From: an uncultured Syntrophomonadaceae bacterium
Lineage (GTDB): Bacteria > Bacillota > Dethiobacteria > DTU022
Assembly: GCA_964389365.1 (NCBI GenBank)
Contig: CAYMDO010000001.1
Coordinates: 5,938-69,937 of the forward strand
Reading direction: 5' to 3'
Length of the DNA stretch: 64,000 bases
Shown: positions 22,262-33,578 of the stretch, in pieces
How positions within the stretch are numbered: position 1 is the first letter of the stretch
How the letters are laid out: each line of letters opens with the position of its first letter
Made by a program: the position numbers and the translations under genes
Notes under the pieces: model-generated
What the model was told of the DNA's origin: nothing
Database searches by the model: none
What the model saw: only the letters and a program-made list of their open reading frames with translations

Positions 22262-22530
22262 ACCGCCAAAGCCTGATCGAGGCCGCTTCCATTTTGTCAG
22301 AATCTCTGCAGCACTGCGAAGTTAACATATAAACCGGTTCGGTAATCGAACCCCGGTTAAAGTCAAGCGCCTCTTGCATGGAATATAAGCCATGCACAGC
22401 AATCGTATCAAAGCGGCACTTTTTAATTTCTTCACGGTATTGCTTATGCCATAAAGTTGAACGCTCAGCAGCCTGCAGGTAGTGCCCGATTCCCTGTTTG
22501 CTGATAGCGCCCTCCCGGTTTTCAGATCAG
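22262..22530 (-). pseudogene. N-terminal fragment of a PLP-dependent Cys/Met-metabolism enzyme (MetY/MetC/MGL type)
   Basis: The minus-strand frame reads ...KKCRFDTIAVHGLYSMQEALDFNRGSITEPVYMLTSQ, which matches the FETLAIHAG...PIYQTS N-terminal signature. There is no start codon, only ~70 codons are present, and the frame then dissolves. Confidence 0.4.
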
Positions 22531-22647
22531 AATAATTATATGCCGCAGATAATAATTACTTAAATTACAGCGCAACCATGTTTTTTATTTCTATCTGACT
22601 CCCTCTGTGTTAAACTTAATCCACTTGCTTTTTCGAGGGGGATTATT

Positions 22648-23238
22648 TTGTTAAAAACATTCACGATTTTACTATTTACCGTTATGGGTTGGAAGCTTAA
22701 AGGTAAAATTGCACCTGATATAAAGAAATGCATTATAGTCGGCGCGCCGCACACCAGCAACTACGATTTTTTACTGGCGATGGCCGGATTCTACAAAATG
22801 AAACTTCCAATAAAATACCTGATAAAAAAAGAGTGGCTTAATTTTAAACCGCTGAGTAAAATCTTTAGAAATTCCGGGGCTATAGGGATTGACCGGAGCA
22901 AAACCGGAACCATGGTCGATAGCCTGGCTGAGCTGATAATCTCATCCGGAGAAAACATGGCAATAATGATTTCGCCGGAAGGAACCCGTAAATTGAACCA
23001 TTGCTGGAAAACCGGCTTTTATTATACTGCGCTAAAAGCTCAGGTGCCGATTGTACTGAGTTACCTTGATTATAAAACAAAAACAGCAGGTATCGGACCG
23101 AGTTTTTTACCCAGTGGCTGCTTTCGCAGGGACATGATTATCGTCAGGGACTTTTATAAGGATAAAACAGCCAAATTCCCGGATAATTTCAGCCTGAAAA
23201 TATATTATCCCGATGTTGATACCCTTTGTGCCGGGTAA
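22648..23238 (+). CDS. 1-acyl-sn-glycerol-3-phosphate acyltransferase-like (lysophospholipid acyltransferase family)
   Basis: HX4D motif (PHTSNYD) plus a PEGTR motif. The gene is markedly more AT-rich than its neighbours. Confidence 0.7.
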   Translation: MLKTFTILLFTVMGWKLKGKIAPDIKKCIIVGAPHTSNYDFLLAMAGFYKMKLPIKYLIKKEWLNFKPLSKIFRNSGAIGIDRSKTGTMVDSLAELIISSGENMAIMISPEGTRKLNHCWKTGFYYTALKAQVPIVLSYLDYKTKTAGIGPSFLPSGCFRRDMIIVRDFYKDKTAKFPDNFSLKIYYPDVDTLCAG

Positions 23239-23247
23239 GAAAGTTGT

Positions 23248-24084
23248 CTATTGATCAAGCAGGAATGATAAGTCGAGGGCCTTGGCGGAATGAGTGAGTG
23301 CCCCGCAGGAAATATAGTTAACCCCGGTAGCAGCAATTTCCCTTAACCTGGAAAAATTAACATTGCCGGACGCTTCGAGGGGAACCCGGCCTGCTGTAAT
23401 TGCCACTGCCCGGCGCATTGTTTCTATGTCCATATTATCAAGCATAATAATATCAGCGCCGGCTATAAGTGCTTCCTGAAGCTGTTCCAGGTTGGTTACT
23501 TCCACCTCAAGACGCAGGGTGAAAGGCGCTTTAACCCTCACTGCCCAGACCGCCTCGACAATACCACCGGCAGCAGCTATATGGTTATCTTTGATCATGA
23601 TGCCGCCATCCAAAGCCAGGCGGTGGTTTTGGCCGCCACCGACCTGAACGGCATACTTCTCCAACATTCTGAGGCCGGGCGTGGTTTTCCTGGTATCGGT
23701 TATCCTGGCCGGGTAATCTTTTATTTCTTCTACCCAAAGCGCTGTCTGGGTGGCTATACCGGAAAGACGCTGCAGCAGGTTAAGGGCAATCCGTTCAGCT
23801 GATAACATTGCCTGCAGCGGCCCTTCAACTTTCATCACCGTGCATCCCGGTTCCAACCGGCTGCCGTCCGCAAGCAAGATCCGGCACACAACAGCCTGAT
23901 CCAGGTAAGAGAAAGCCCTGGCGGCAATTTCAACACCGGCCAGTATCCCTTCTTCTTTCGCTACCAGGCGGCCGCTGCCCGCTTTTCCAGGCGGTACACA
24001 ATAGATGGTAGTCAAATCTCCGGAACCGATATCTTCCCTAAAGGATCTTTTAAGGATATCGTTGACCAGGTAAGTGTTCAGCAA
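23248..24084 (-). CDS. nadC: Nicotinate-nucleotide pyrophosphorylase (quinolinate phosphoribosyltransferase)
   Basis: QPRTase fold, 278 aa, last gene of the nadA-nadB-nadC cluster. Confidence 0.9.
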   Translation of the reverse strand: MLNTYLVNDILKRSFREDIGSGDLTTIYCVPPGKAGSGRLVAKEEGILAGVEIAARAFSYLDQAVVCRILLADGSRLEPGCTVMKVEGPLQAMLSAERIALNLLQRLSGIATQTALWVEEIKDYPARITDTRKTTPGLRMLEKYAVQVGGGQNHRLALDGGIMIKDNHIAAAGGIVEAVWAVRVKAPFTLRLEVEVTNLEQLQEALIAGADIIMLDNMDIETMRRAVAITAGRVPLEASGNVNFSRLREIAATGVNYISCGALTHSAKALDLSFLLDQ

Positions 24085-24159
24085 ACCTTTATTTCTCCTC
24101 CTCTAGGCGATTTATTGAATCCTGTCTTTACTTAAATATCGGTTGGCAATATTCTTATT

Positions 24160-25794
24160 TCAGGAAGGTTTGACAGATAACTCAGCCCGGGGCAGTTGGC
24201 TTGTTTTATCTATACCATAGACAGTGCGAAAAGTTATCTGCTGCCCGCCCAGTTTATCATCGCTGTCCGGATAATCTGTCCGGTAATGGCTGCCCCTGCT
24301 TTCTCTTCTCAGCAATGCGGCTTCGGTCATCATTATCGCCGTCAACAACATGTTGGCAGTTTCATTCAGTTCCGGCTTGCTGTAATGAAAACAGGCCAAC
24401 GGCAGCCATGTTTCAAGGCTCTTTTTCATCTCCAGCATACTTTCTTCATTGCGGATCAGGCCGACTTTGTGCCACATCATCCAGGTTAAATCACGGCGCA
24501 GGGAAGCGCACTCTGCTTCCGCGTCCTGATCAGCCGGCTTCCTGAAGCGCTCCGGTAAATTTTCCGGCAGATCTTCGCTGACAGGATTAACATTTTTTGC
24601 GGCAGCCAGGGCTACCCTATGCCCAAAAACCAGGCCTTCAAGAAGGGAGTTGCTGGCCAGACGGTTGGCTCCATGCACACCTGTAGAAGCAACCTCTCCT
24701 ACGCAAAAAAGATTTTTTACCGATGAATGGCCGTCTATATCCACTTCAACGCCTCCAATCAGGTAGTGGGCAGCTGGTGTTACCGGAATCAGCTCCCTGG
24801 TAATATCTAAATGCCATTCCATGCAACGGCTGTAAATTGTTGGAAATCTTTCAGGAATAAACTCCGCACCAAGGTGCCTTAAATCGAGATAGACAAAACC
24901 TTTTGTTGTACGCTGTTCTTCAACAATCGCCCTCGAAACCACGTCGCGCGGGCCAAGTTCCGCCCGCTCATGCTTCTTAAGCATAAAACGTTCTCCATGT
25001 GCATTAACCAGGTACGCCCCTTCACCACGCACCGCTTCAGAAATGAGAAACGGCTGGCCTTCAGGTGGCAGAAAAACTGTAGGGTGGAATTGGAAAAATT
25101 CGAGATCGCGAAGTACCGCCCCGGCTTTATAAGCCATAATTAAGCCATCACCGGTTACTGCCGGGGCGTTGGTAGTAAATTGGTACAGTTGGCCGCATCC
25201 ACCTGTAGCCAATATAACCGCCCTGGCGGCTATGTAGTTCAGCCCTTTCGGGGTGGAGTAAAAAAGGCCGCGACAGCGGCCGCCTTCAACTGCAATGTGT
25301 TCGGCAAAAGCATCTTCAATAAAGCGGATACCGGTTTCCTTGGCTGCATGAATCAGGGATTCAATTAATTCCCTGCCTGTAGCATCACCCCCGATGTGCA
25401 GGATACGTTTCATCGAATGGGCACCTTCCCGGCCAAGGGCAATAGCGCCATTGCTGCGGTCGAAGCGGACTCCAAGAGCGAGCAAATCGTTAATGCGCGC
25501 CGGGGCCTCTTCAACCAGGGCACTTATTGCCGCCCGGTCGCCAAAATAGTTGCCTGCCTTCCAGGTGTCCTCAAAATGCAGGGTCGGCGAATCCTCAGGT
25601 GAAAATGCAGCCGCTATCCCACCCTGGGCAAACCAGGTATTACCGGCAATTAAATCCTGCTTGCTGAGTACGGTGACCCGCCCTGTTTCTGCAAGGCGCA
25701 GTGCTGTAAATATACCGGCTATACCGGAACCAACAATTACATAATCCGTAACAGATTTGGCGATTGTATGATCATTTCCGTCAACCGTTTCCAT
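24160..25794 (-). CDS. nadB: L-aspartate oxidase
   Basis: FAD-binding VIVGSGIAG, succinate dehydrogenase/fumarate reductase flavoprotein-like architecture, 544 aa. Confidence 0.9.
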   Translation of the reverse strand: METVDGNDHTIAKSVTDYVIVGSGIAGIFTALRLAETGRVTVLSKQDLIAGNTWFAQGGIAAAFSPEDSPTLHFEDTWKAGNYFGDRAAISALVEEAPARINDLLALGVRFDRSNGAIALGREGAHSMKRILHIGGDATGRELIESLIHAAKETGIRFIEDAFAEHIAVEGGRCRGLFYSTPKGLNYIAARAVILATGGCGQLYQFTTNAPAVTGDGLIMAYKAGAVLRDLEFFQFHPTVFLPPEGQPFLISEAVRGEGAYLVNAHGERFMLKKHERAELGPRDVVSRAIVEEQRTTKGFVYLDLRHLGAEFIPERFPTIYSRCMEWHLDITRELIPVTPAAHYLIGGVEVDIDGHSSVKNLFCVGEVASTGVHGANRLASNSLLEGLVFGHRVALAAAKNVNPVSEDLPENLPERFRKPADQDAEAECASLRRDLTWMMWHKVGLIRNEESMLEMKKSLETWLPLACFHYSKPELNETANMLLTAIMMTEAALLRRESRGSHYRTDYPDSDDKLGGQQITFRTVYGIDKTSQLPRAELSVKPS

Positions 25795-25810
25795 TATTTC
25801 CCTCCACGCT

Positions 25811-26740
25811 TTATCTTACAGCCAGCATTCTCTCAAGGGCCAACACTGCCCGGTTACGTATCTCGACCGGAACCGTGATAACGTGTTCCAAATTTGTAAG
25901 AGCAGACAGAACTTTCCCGAGGTTGGTATATTTCATATTCGGGCATATCAGTTTGGTTGAAAGCAAAATAAAATTTTTTCCGGGACATTCTTTTTTCAGC
26001 CGATGGAGCATCCCCATCTCTGTACCTATGATAACATCGTTGAACGTAGTTTCACGCGAAAACCTGATCATCCCTCCGGTGCCAAGGGCAGCGTCGGCCA
26101 GGGCAACTACTTCAGGCCTACACTCAGGATGAACGACAATTACAGCGTCCGGGTAAAGTTCCCGTGCCTTCGTGACATCTTCTACAGTAACCCGGTGATG
26201 GGTGTTGCAATATCCAGCCCAGGGAACAATAGTTTTTGTGGTTCTCTCAGCGACAAAGTGAGCCAGGTTGCCGTCCGGGACAAATAAAACAGTATCCTCT
26301 TCTAAAGAGTTAACGACCTTGACAGCGTTGGCCGAAGTAATGCAGATATCGCTTTCCGCTTTAACTGCAGCAGAAGAGTTGATATAGGCGGCAACAGCAG
26401 CTCCGGGGTGCTTTTTTTTCAGATCCCGTAACTGGTCTGCATCAATCATATCCGCCAGCGGACAGCCGGCGTTTAAATCCGGTAAAAGTACCGTTTTATC
26501 CGGCGAGAGGATGGCGGCACTTTCCGCCATAAAATGAACACCGCAAAAAACTATCACATCGGCATCTGACTCAGAAGCGATGCGGCTAAGCTCAAAGGAA
26601 TCGCCGACATAGTCTGCGGCATCCTGTACTTCGTCAATCTGGTAGTTATGGGCTAAAATAACGGCATTACGTTCATTTTTTAACTGATCTATCCGCACCA
26701 GGATTTCCTGTTTTTCCATAAGGCAGGCCAAACCCCTCAC
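25811..26740 (-). CDS. nadA: Quinolinate synthase
   Basis: ILAHNYQ and the conserved cysteine pattern, 309 aa. Confidence 0.9.
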   Translation of the reverse strand: MRGLACLMEKQEILVRIDQLKNERNAVILAHNYQIDEVQDAADYVGDSFELSRIASESDADVIVFCGVHFMAESAAILSPDKTVLLPDLNAGCPLADMIDADQLRDLKKKHPGAAVAAYINSSAAVKAESDICITSANAVKVVNSLEEDTVLFVPDGNLAHFVAERTTKTIVPWAGYCNTHHRVTVEDVTKARELYPDAVIVVHPECRPEVVALADAALGTGGMIRFSRETTFNDVIIGTEMGMLHRLKKECPGKNFILLSTKLICPNMKYTNLGKVLSALTNLEHVITVPVEIRNRAVLALERMLAVR

Positions 26741-26826
26741 TTGATGTGGTTAAAGCTAAGGTTTATTATGATTTAAATAAAACCTGCTGTCAATGAATAA
26801 CGAAATCTGTAAGATTATGACACATA

Positions 26827-28626
26827 TTATTTTACCTTAAGTACAGCTGTAAATGCTTCCTGCGGTATTTCCACCCGGCCGATTTTCTTCATTTTTTTCT
26901 TTCCCTCTTTTTGCTTTTCCAGCAGCTTGCGTTTACGGGTAACATCTCCGCCGTAAAGTTTTTCAGTTACATTTTTTCGCAATGCCTTAATTGTTTCACG
27001 GGCAATTATTTTACTTTCTACCGCTGCCTGGATAGGCACATCAAACATCTGGCGGGGAATTATTTCACGCAGTTTTCCCAACAAATCCCTACCCCGATGG
27101 TAAGCCTTGTCGCGGTGAATGATGAATGAAAAGGCATCCACCTTTTCACCGTTAACAAGTATATCCATCAAAACCAACGCCGACTGCCGGTAGCCATGCA
27201 GTTTATAGTCAAGTGAGGCATAACCGCGGGTTCGCGATTTGAGCTGATCGAAAAAATCGTAGAGGATCTCAGCCAACGGCAGGAAATAAGTTAGTTTAAC
27301 CCTCCCGGAATCAAGGTATTCTGTATCGCAGTAATCTCCTCTTTTCTCCTGGCATAGTTCCATTACAGCTCCCATATACTCAGCAGGCATAAAAACTGAT
27401 GCTTCCACGTAAGGTTCTTCGATGGACATACGCTCATCCAAAGCCGGCATTAGAGCCGGGTTATCAACTTGGATCACCTTGCCATTTCTCAAGTGAACCA
27501 TATAAACCACGCTCGGCGCAGAAACAATCAATTCGATACCATATTCACGCTCAAGCCGTTCGCGAACAATATCCATATGCAGCAATCCCAAAAACCCACA
27601 GCGAAAACCAAGGCCCAGGGCGACCGATTTTTCAGGTTCAAAGGTCAGTGCTGAATCGTTTAATTTTAAGCGCTCAATGGCCTCCCGCAGGGCGGTAAAA
27701 TTATTGTTATCCCGGGGGAATAGGCCACAGTAAACCATGGAGATAACCTTCCGGTAACCGGGCAATGCCCGGTCAGCCGGGTTCTCCGCGCCCGTAATGG
27801 TATCGCCAACCTGTGCATCGCCAACATTTTTTATTGAAGCCATCAGGTAACCCACTTCACCGGCTCTTAGCCCTTCAACAGGCTCCATAGCCGGCCGGAA
27901 AATCCCTGTTTCAACAACTTCGAAACATTTACCGGTATTCATAAATTTAATCTTCTGCCCCCTGCGAACAGCGCCTTCCATAACCCTGACATATGCAATT
28001 ACACCGCGGTAGCTATCGTAATGAGAATCAAAAACGAGCGCCTTAAGGGGCTGGTTGGTATCGACTACTGCCGGAGGTGGTACTTCCCTGATCACTGCCT
28101 CTAACACTTCACTAATACCTGTACCCTGCTTGGCAGAAATTTCAAGGGCTTGTTCGGCATCACAACCGATAATCGATGCCAGTTCAGTTCTAACCCGTGC
28201 AGGATCCGCATTGGCCAGGTCAATTTTGTTGATCACCGGGACAACAGCCAGATCCTGTTCAAGAGCAAGGTAAACGTTTGCCAGGGTTTGCGCTTCCACT
28301 CCCTGAACTGCGTCAACGACTAGGATCGCCCCTTCGCAGGCAGCCAGGCTGCGCGAAACTTCATATGTAAAATCAACATGCCCGGGGGTATCAATCAGGT
28401 TCAGGATATATTCTTCCCCATCAGCAGATTGATAAGCCAGGCGAACTGCCTGAAGCTTAATCGTAATACCTCTTTCACGTTCCAAATCCATCTGGTCCAA
28501 AACCTGCTCCTTCATCTGCCGGGCAGTAAGGGTCCCCGTAGCCTCCAGCAACCGGTCGGCCAATGTTGATTTTCCGTGATCGATATGTGCTATGATGCAA
28601 AAATTCCTGATATTCCCGGGTGCCAA
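26827..28626 (-). CDS. lepA: Elongation factor 4
   Basis: N-terminus [20 protein letters not shown], 599 aa, characteristic LepA C-terminal domain. Confidence 0.95.
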   Translation of the reverse strand: MAPGNIRNFCIIAHIDHGKSTLADRLLEATGTLTARQMKEQVLDQMDLERERGITIKLQAVRLAYQSADGEEYILNLIDTPGHVDFTYEVSRSLAACEGAILVVDAVQGVEAQTLANVYLALEQDLAVVPVINKIDLANADPARVRTELASIIGCDAEQALEISAKQGTGISEVLEAVIREVPPPAVVDTNQPLKALVFDSHYDSYRGVIAYVRVMEGAVRRGQKIKFMNTGKCFEVVETGIFRPAMEPVEGLRAGEVGYLMASIKNVGDAQVGDTITGAENPADRALPGYRKVISMVYCGLFPRDNNNFTALREAIERLKLNDSALTFEPEKSVALGLGFRCGFLGLLHMDIVRERLEREYGIELIVSAPSVVYMVHLRNGKVIQVDNPALMPALDERMSIEEPYVEASVFMPAEYMGAVMELCQEKRGDYCDTEYLDSGRVKLTYFLPLAEILYDFFDQLKSRTRGYASLDYKLHGYRQSALVLMDILVNGEKVDAFSFIIHRDKAYHRGRDLLGKLREIIPRQMFDVPIQAAVESKIIARETIKALRKNVTEKLYGGDVTRKRKLLEKQKEGKKKMKKIGRVEIPQEAFTAVLKVK

Positions 28627-29036
28627 ATGTTAATCCTCCATCTTATAAAGTCAAACTTCCCCGTAGGATTATACCACCAGCCACATTAAGCAACAATAAA
28701 AAGCAGGAGCAGGTAATATGCTGCTGGCCCGGCAGTGTTCTTACATTGGTTATAAAGTTTAGATTAATTTATTTCCTGGCTGAGGTGATGCCTTTTATTA
28801 TCAACCAGGTACCGACGGCGATGCCCATATGACCGGTAGGCGCAGTCAGGAAGCTATTAAACTGATCTTCCAATAGTATTTATCATAACCACCTTAATTT
28901 TATGTCATAATAAATATAGTAAGTGCCACTACGCAGGACATTATACATCGTGCCAGCAGTATTGTATTAATGATTATCGGAGCTTTTGCATTTTCAAAAA
29001 TCGAAGCCTGAGTTTGATTTAATGCTTCAGGAAAAA

Positions 29037-31541
29037 TTATCTTGTACCCTGAATAGCTGTTTTAACTTCGATTTCCGGGCCGTTCGTCCGGACAACAACT
29101 GCTCCATCATGATCAGAGCGATAAGTAATAATTCCCCTGTCAGTTAGGGCGTCGGTAACATGCCGGTGGGGATGACCGAAAGAATTTTCTCCAACCTGGA
29201 TTACCGCCAGATTGGGTTGCACGTGATCGAGCAAATTACTGATCGACAACAGATACCCTCCGTGATGGGGCACCTGCAGCAGATCAACCTTTAGTTCAGG
29301 ATAGCGGTTGAGCAAATCCAAAACAGCAGCATCCTCGATATCACCGGTGAAAAGAACTTTCGCCTCTTTATATTGCATAAGCAAAACCAGGGAATTATTG
29401 TTCAAATCACATCCATCACCCGCGGTTAGCCCTTTCGTTGGGCTGAGAACAGTAAGTTGTAAATCAGAACCGCAGCTCCAACTATTGCCGGCCGTGACAA
29501 CTTCCACAGGAATCTTCGCTTCTGCCACTTTTTTGAGCAGATTCGTGTAATAATGTGAATCGCCGTTTACCGGTGATATCAGCAGAGTACCTATCGGAAT
29601 CCGATCTATCAGGTATAGAAACCCACCGAAATGGTCTTCGTGGGGGTGAGTGATTACTGCCAAATCGATTTTGCTGACTCCACGGTACTGCAGGTAAGGA
29701 AAAACTACCTTTTCGCCCGTGAGACCTGGATCTTTGCTGTAAGCCGGTTTCCCGCCGGCATCAATCAGGACATTCACCCCGCATGGCATTTCTACCAAAG
29801 CTGATGCACCCTGGCAAACATCCATGAAAGTGATTTGCAAATCCTTTTCCCGGGGAAATAAAACCCCGGCCCAGACAAATACTATCGCGACCACAAGGGC
29901 CAGAGGTAAAGCATTTTTTTTGAACCAGCGATTTTGCCGAACAAAACTGCCTGCGCGTTCACCGAGATATGAAATAAATGAACAACTGCCACGCCTCGAA
30001 ACATGTTTTTCCCAACTGTAATAAATCAATAAAAAACCGGTGATCAGCAAATAAATCGTTATCAGGGTTGCAGTTTTAGGTGGGTTTAGTTCCAGGTAAA
30101 ATCCGGGAATACTGCTGAAACCGGAGATAAAGAGCATTATCTCCAGTAAGGGGCGGGCGGCCCAGAGCAGTAACTCCCCCGGGCCGGAAACCAGTAATCC
30201 GATTACGGCGCCGGACAAACCGAAGCCGACTACAAAAGCAATCAGCGGTAGAAAAAGCAGGTTAAACAGCAGAGCACCGGCCGGAAGATAATGAAAATAA
30301 TAAACACTTAAAGGCAAAACACCGATCTGCGCTGCTAGGATTAAAGCAAACGGGGTGCGGATTACCGGCGGCAACAGCAGTGCTTTCAAAACGTGATCAA
30401 GCGGGCGGTAAAGATATATAAGGGCCAAAGTTGCTGCATAGGATAGCTGGAAACCTGCAGTAAAAAGCAGCAGGGGATTGATGAACAGGGTAACCAGGGC
30501 AGCAACTGCCACTGCCGTCGGTATATCATTTTCCCGCTCAAAGAATACCGCACCCATAACCATAGAGATCATGACTGCCGCACGTAAAGCAGAAGGCCGC
30601 ATACCGGTTAAATAAGCATAAGCAATAACAAACAAAACTGCCAGGATTAACGGGAAATGACCTTTAAAACGCAATAGTCTAAAAAGCCCGATGATCATTG
30701 AGGCAACAAGACCGACATGAAGTCCTGAAACAGCCATCAGGTGGCCGGCGCCGGCTTTTCTGAAATTTTCTTCAACCATTTCCGGTAGCTGCTCTCGTCG
30801 GCCGAAAAGTATTGCAGATAAAAGGTCGGAAGAGGGTTTCGGCAGGGTTGTACCAATAAATGCAATCATCTGTTGCCTTATATTGATTGCTGAACCGGTC
30901 AGGCCACCAGTTTTTCCAGTACCCAACCGTTCAACCTGCAATGCATAAGGATAAGCCAGGGCATCGATACCCTGGCTGCGCAGAAAAAAACTGTAATCAA
31001 AGCCACCTGGATTACGCAAACCTTTTGGCGCTATAATCTCCGAACGGATGCGTAATTTGTCACCGTACCGGTAATAAAAGCCCTCGTTGCCGAATATTTT
31101 TACCAGCAGCCGGCCATTTTTGTTCTGCCGCCCTTCCCTGGTTTCTATCATCTCAACTTTCAACTGATATGTACAGTAATCCTGATCGATAAACGGTTCT
31201 TCGGCAACAGTGCCTTCAATATACAACGGTACGCCTGTGTATTGGATAATATTGTCTGCAGCCGGCACAATAGAATAGTAAACCGAAATTGCTCCGGCCA
31301 GTGCTACCAAAAACAACAGGCTGACCCGATAAAATGCAGCCAGCCTGGTAAGGTATAGCATAGCCAGGGTAAGCAGGGATAACATGGTAAGCCAGTAAAA
31401 ATAAACAACTTCAGCTATCCACAAACGCCCGAGAACAATTCCGGCAATATAAGCTATGGCGATCAAAACAAGGTGTCGGTTCCCCAAGATCTCCTGTAAA
31501 CTGCTGCGTATTATTACTGCAATGGTTGCCCTAACCAACAT
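29037..31541 (-). CDS. comEC: DNA internalisation competence protein ComEC/Rec2
   Basis: Polytopic competence domain plus a C-terminal metallo-beta-lactamase domain (HPHEDH), 834 aa. Confidence 0.9.
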   Translation of the reverse strand: MLVRATIAVIIRSSLQEILGNRHLVLIAIAYIAGIVLGRLWIAEVVYFYWLTMLSLLTLAMLYLTRLAAFYRVSLLFLVALAGAISVYYSIVPAADNIIQYTGVPLYIEGTVAEEPFIDQDYCTYQLKVEMIETREGRQNKNGRLLVKIFGNEGFYYRYGDKLRIRSEIIAPKGLRNPGGFDYSFFLRSQGIDALAYPYALQVERLGTGKTGGLTGSAINIRQQMIAFIGTTLPKPSSDLLSAILFGRREQLPEMVEENFRKAGAGHLMAVSGLHVGLVASMIIGLFRLLRFKGHFPLILAVLFVIAYAYLTGMRPSALRAAVMISMVMGAVFFERENDIPTAVAVAALVTLFINPLLLFTAGFQLSYAATLALIYLYRPLDHVLKALLLPPVIRTPFALILAAQIGVLPLSVYYFHYLPAGALLFNLLFLPLIAFVVGFGLSGAVIGLLVSGPGELLLWAARPLLEIMLFISGFSSIPGFYLELNPPKTATLITIYLLITGFLLIYYSWEKHVSRRGSCSFISYLGERAGSFVRQNRWFKKNALPLALVVAIVFVWAGVLFPREKDLQITFMDVCQGASALVEMPCGVNVLIDAGGKPAYSKDPGLTGEKVVFPYLQYRGVSKIDLAVITHPHEDHFGGFLYLIDRIPIGTLLISPVNGDSHYYTNLLKKVAEAKIPVEVVTAGNSWSCGSDLQLTVLSPTKGLTAGDGCDLNNNSLVLLMQYKEAKVLFTGDIEDAAVLDLLNRYPELKVDLLQVPHHGGYLLSISNLLDHVQPNLAVIQVGENSFGHPHRHVTDALTDRGIITYRSDHDGAVVVRTNGPEIEVKTAIQGTR

Positions 31542-31556
31542 TTATCAGAAAACTGT

Positions 31557-33035
31557 TTATCTGAATACTTCTTCAAAAACGCCGAAAGTCTCTTTTCGCT
31601 GTTCCGCTGACGGTCCCGGGGTAAGATATGATACCACCACTAAAATAACGATGGCCAGCACAAAGGCAGGGAACACCGGCATAAATCCGAAGGAAGTCCA
31701 CTCCGGCAACAATTTCAGGTACCAAAGGTGGAGCATTACAGCAGGGATGATTAAAGCTGCTGCAGTTCCATATTTATTGGTACGCGGCCAGTATAAAGCG
31801 GCAATCATTACCGGCAGCATCACAGAAAACCCGGAAAAAGCAAAAGCAGCAATACTTAAAATAGCAGCCGGCCTGACCAGGGATATGTAGAAAGCAGCTG
31901 CGGCAAAAACCAGCAGAAATATACGCCCCCAAAATACCGCTTGCCGGGTCGTTACTTTATGGAAGCGAGGCAGCAGGTCATCCGTTACCAGGTGGGATAC
32001 CGTTAACAGCTGAGAATCAATTGACGATTTAACTATAGCCAGAATTACAACCAGGCCGAGAATCATCCAGGTAGGTGTAAGGTATTGCTGGATCAGCAGC
32101 GGAACGATATTATCGGATTCCTTCCCGACCAATCCGGGGATAGAAACCGCACCCCATACTCCAAGCATGGTTGATACAGCGAAGATACCGGCCATCGCCA
32201 GTGGGTAATAAAGGCTGGTTTTTTTTAGGCTGACACTGCTACGGGCTGCCAATATCCGGGTGAACATATGAGGGAAAACAATTACGGCGATAGAATTGGT
32301 AAAAGCAAAGCTAAACCAGTTTATCGGGGCTATGGCGGGGGAGAGATTTCGCTGCAGCAGGGCTGGGTTTTCAATGACTATACGGTTTAAAAGCGCCGAA
32401 AACCCGCCCAGCGATTGCGCTACGGCAACCAGCAACAGGACTGCTACTGTCATAAAGACAGTGCCTTGGAAAATATCCGTCCAGACCGTGCCGCGCATAC
32501 CGGCAGGCAGCGTATAAAAAATGGATATGGCAATGATCACCAGGGCAGCCAGCCAGTAAGGCACAACCCCGTTTGAGATTGTAGATACGGCCAAACTGCC
32601 GCCAATAATACTGACCACCAGGTATGGCAGGGTATAGTAGAGCAATAGAATTAAGAACAACATAGCGACAAAGGGGCTTTTAAGAATCCCGCCAAACACC
32701 TGTGGTTGTGTCGCATAACCGTATCGTTTTCCGAGCAGCCAGGAACGGTAGCCAACCAGGTAATAGGTAAATGGGGTAATAAATATGCTCCAGCCAATGA
32801 CATAACCGTAAGCGCCAAAACCAACATGGTAGGCAAAGCCGGCATATCCGATGATGGTAAAGGCGGTGATATTACTGGCAAAAAGGGCCATGAAAACAGC
32901 TAGACTGCCCAAAGTGCGGCCGGCTAAAAAATAGTCTTCCCGTGTTTTGCGGGTTACCCGTGCTCCAAACACACCAATCGCAACTAAGATCAAAACATAG
33001 AGGGTAAGAATCAGAATGCCCAGAGGAGTATTCAT
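31557..33035 (-). CDS. Sodium:solute symporter (SSS) family transporter
   Basis: 13-TM SSS architecture with the N-terminal GR..G motif, 492 aa. Its start overlaps the stop of the small membrane gene upstream (ATGA). Confidence 0.85.
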   Translation of the reverse strand: MNTPLGILILTLYVLILVAIGVFGARVTRKTREDYFLAGRTLGSLAVFMALFASNITAFTIIGYAGFAYHVGFGAYGYVIGWSIFITPFTYYLVGYRSWLLGKRYGYATQPQVFGGILKSPFVAMLFLILLLYYTLPYLVVSIIGGSLAVSTISNGVVPYWLAALVIIAISIFYTLPAGMRGTVWTDIFQGTVFMTVAVLLLVAVAQSLGGFSALLNRIVIENPALLQRNLSPAIAPINWFSFAFTNSIAVIVFPHMFTRILAARSSVSLKKTSLYYPLAMAGIFAVSTMLGVWGAVSIPGLVGKESDNIVPLLIQQYLTPTWMILGLVVILAIVKSSIDSQLLTVSHLVTDDLLPRFHKVTTRQAVFWGRIFLLVFAAAAFYISLVRPAAILSIAAFAFSGFSVMLPVMIAALYWPRTNKYGTAAALIIPAVMLHLWYLKLLPEWTSFGFMPVFPAFVLAIVILVVVSYLTPGPSAEQRKETFGVFEEVFR

Positions 33036-33289
33036 TACTGTGCCTTCTCACTTTCTCCCGTCTGAACCAAAAAGTCTGCGGGTGGATCAGGCCAGGCTAG
33101 CTTGATTATCAGCTTAAGCGCCAAAACAGAAAAGATCGCAAAGAAAACATAATAATAAAAAGCAAAAGGCATAAAACCGAACAGGAAAGGCAGGCGGGCG
33201 TCAAACTCCCAAAGCCAGAAACTGTTATGAAGGGTAAACATAACCAGGACAATTAAAACTACCAAAGCAAGGCGATACTTAAACTTCAT
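33035..33289 (-). CDS. Small two-TM membrane protein co-transcribed with the SSS transporter (DUF3311-like)
   Basis: 84 aa with two hydrophobic helices, translationally coupled to the symporter gene. Confidence 0.45.
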   Translation of the reverse strand: MKFKYRLALVVLIVLVMFTLHNSFWLWEFDARLPFLFGFMPFAFYYYVFFAIFSVLALKLIIKLAWPDPPADFLVQTGESEKAQ

Positions 33290-33578
33290 TACCGGTAAAC
33301 CTCCACTCTAGTTTGGGTATTTTATGGCCCAGTTCACACGGTCTATTCGACGATCAGGTTAATATTCCTGCAATTATATAAAAAAAGGCAATCCAAACGA
33401 CCGGAGCAAAAGCCAGGGCTGTTTTGCAATATTTTTTCAAGCAGCCTATTATCCATGCCATACAGCCAGTGCGGCGGCTATAGATTCCAGTTTATCGAGG
33501 ATAATCTTTTCTTCGGCAGAACCAAGCTTGTAACGGTTGTCATGGAAAAGCTTTATAACCTGAGCGAACAGCAGCTTT

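Noticed and set aside
22560-22760. 66-codon minus-strand ORF upstream of the acyltransferase gene
   Set aside because: Overlaps the acyltransferase start and RBS, has low-complexity hydrophobic composition and no motif. It is probably spurious.
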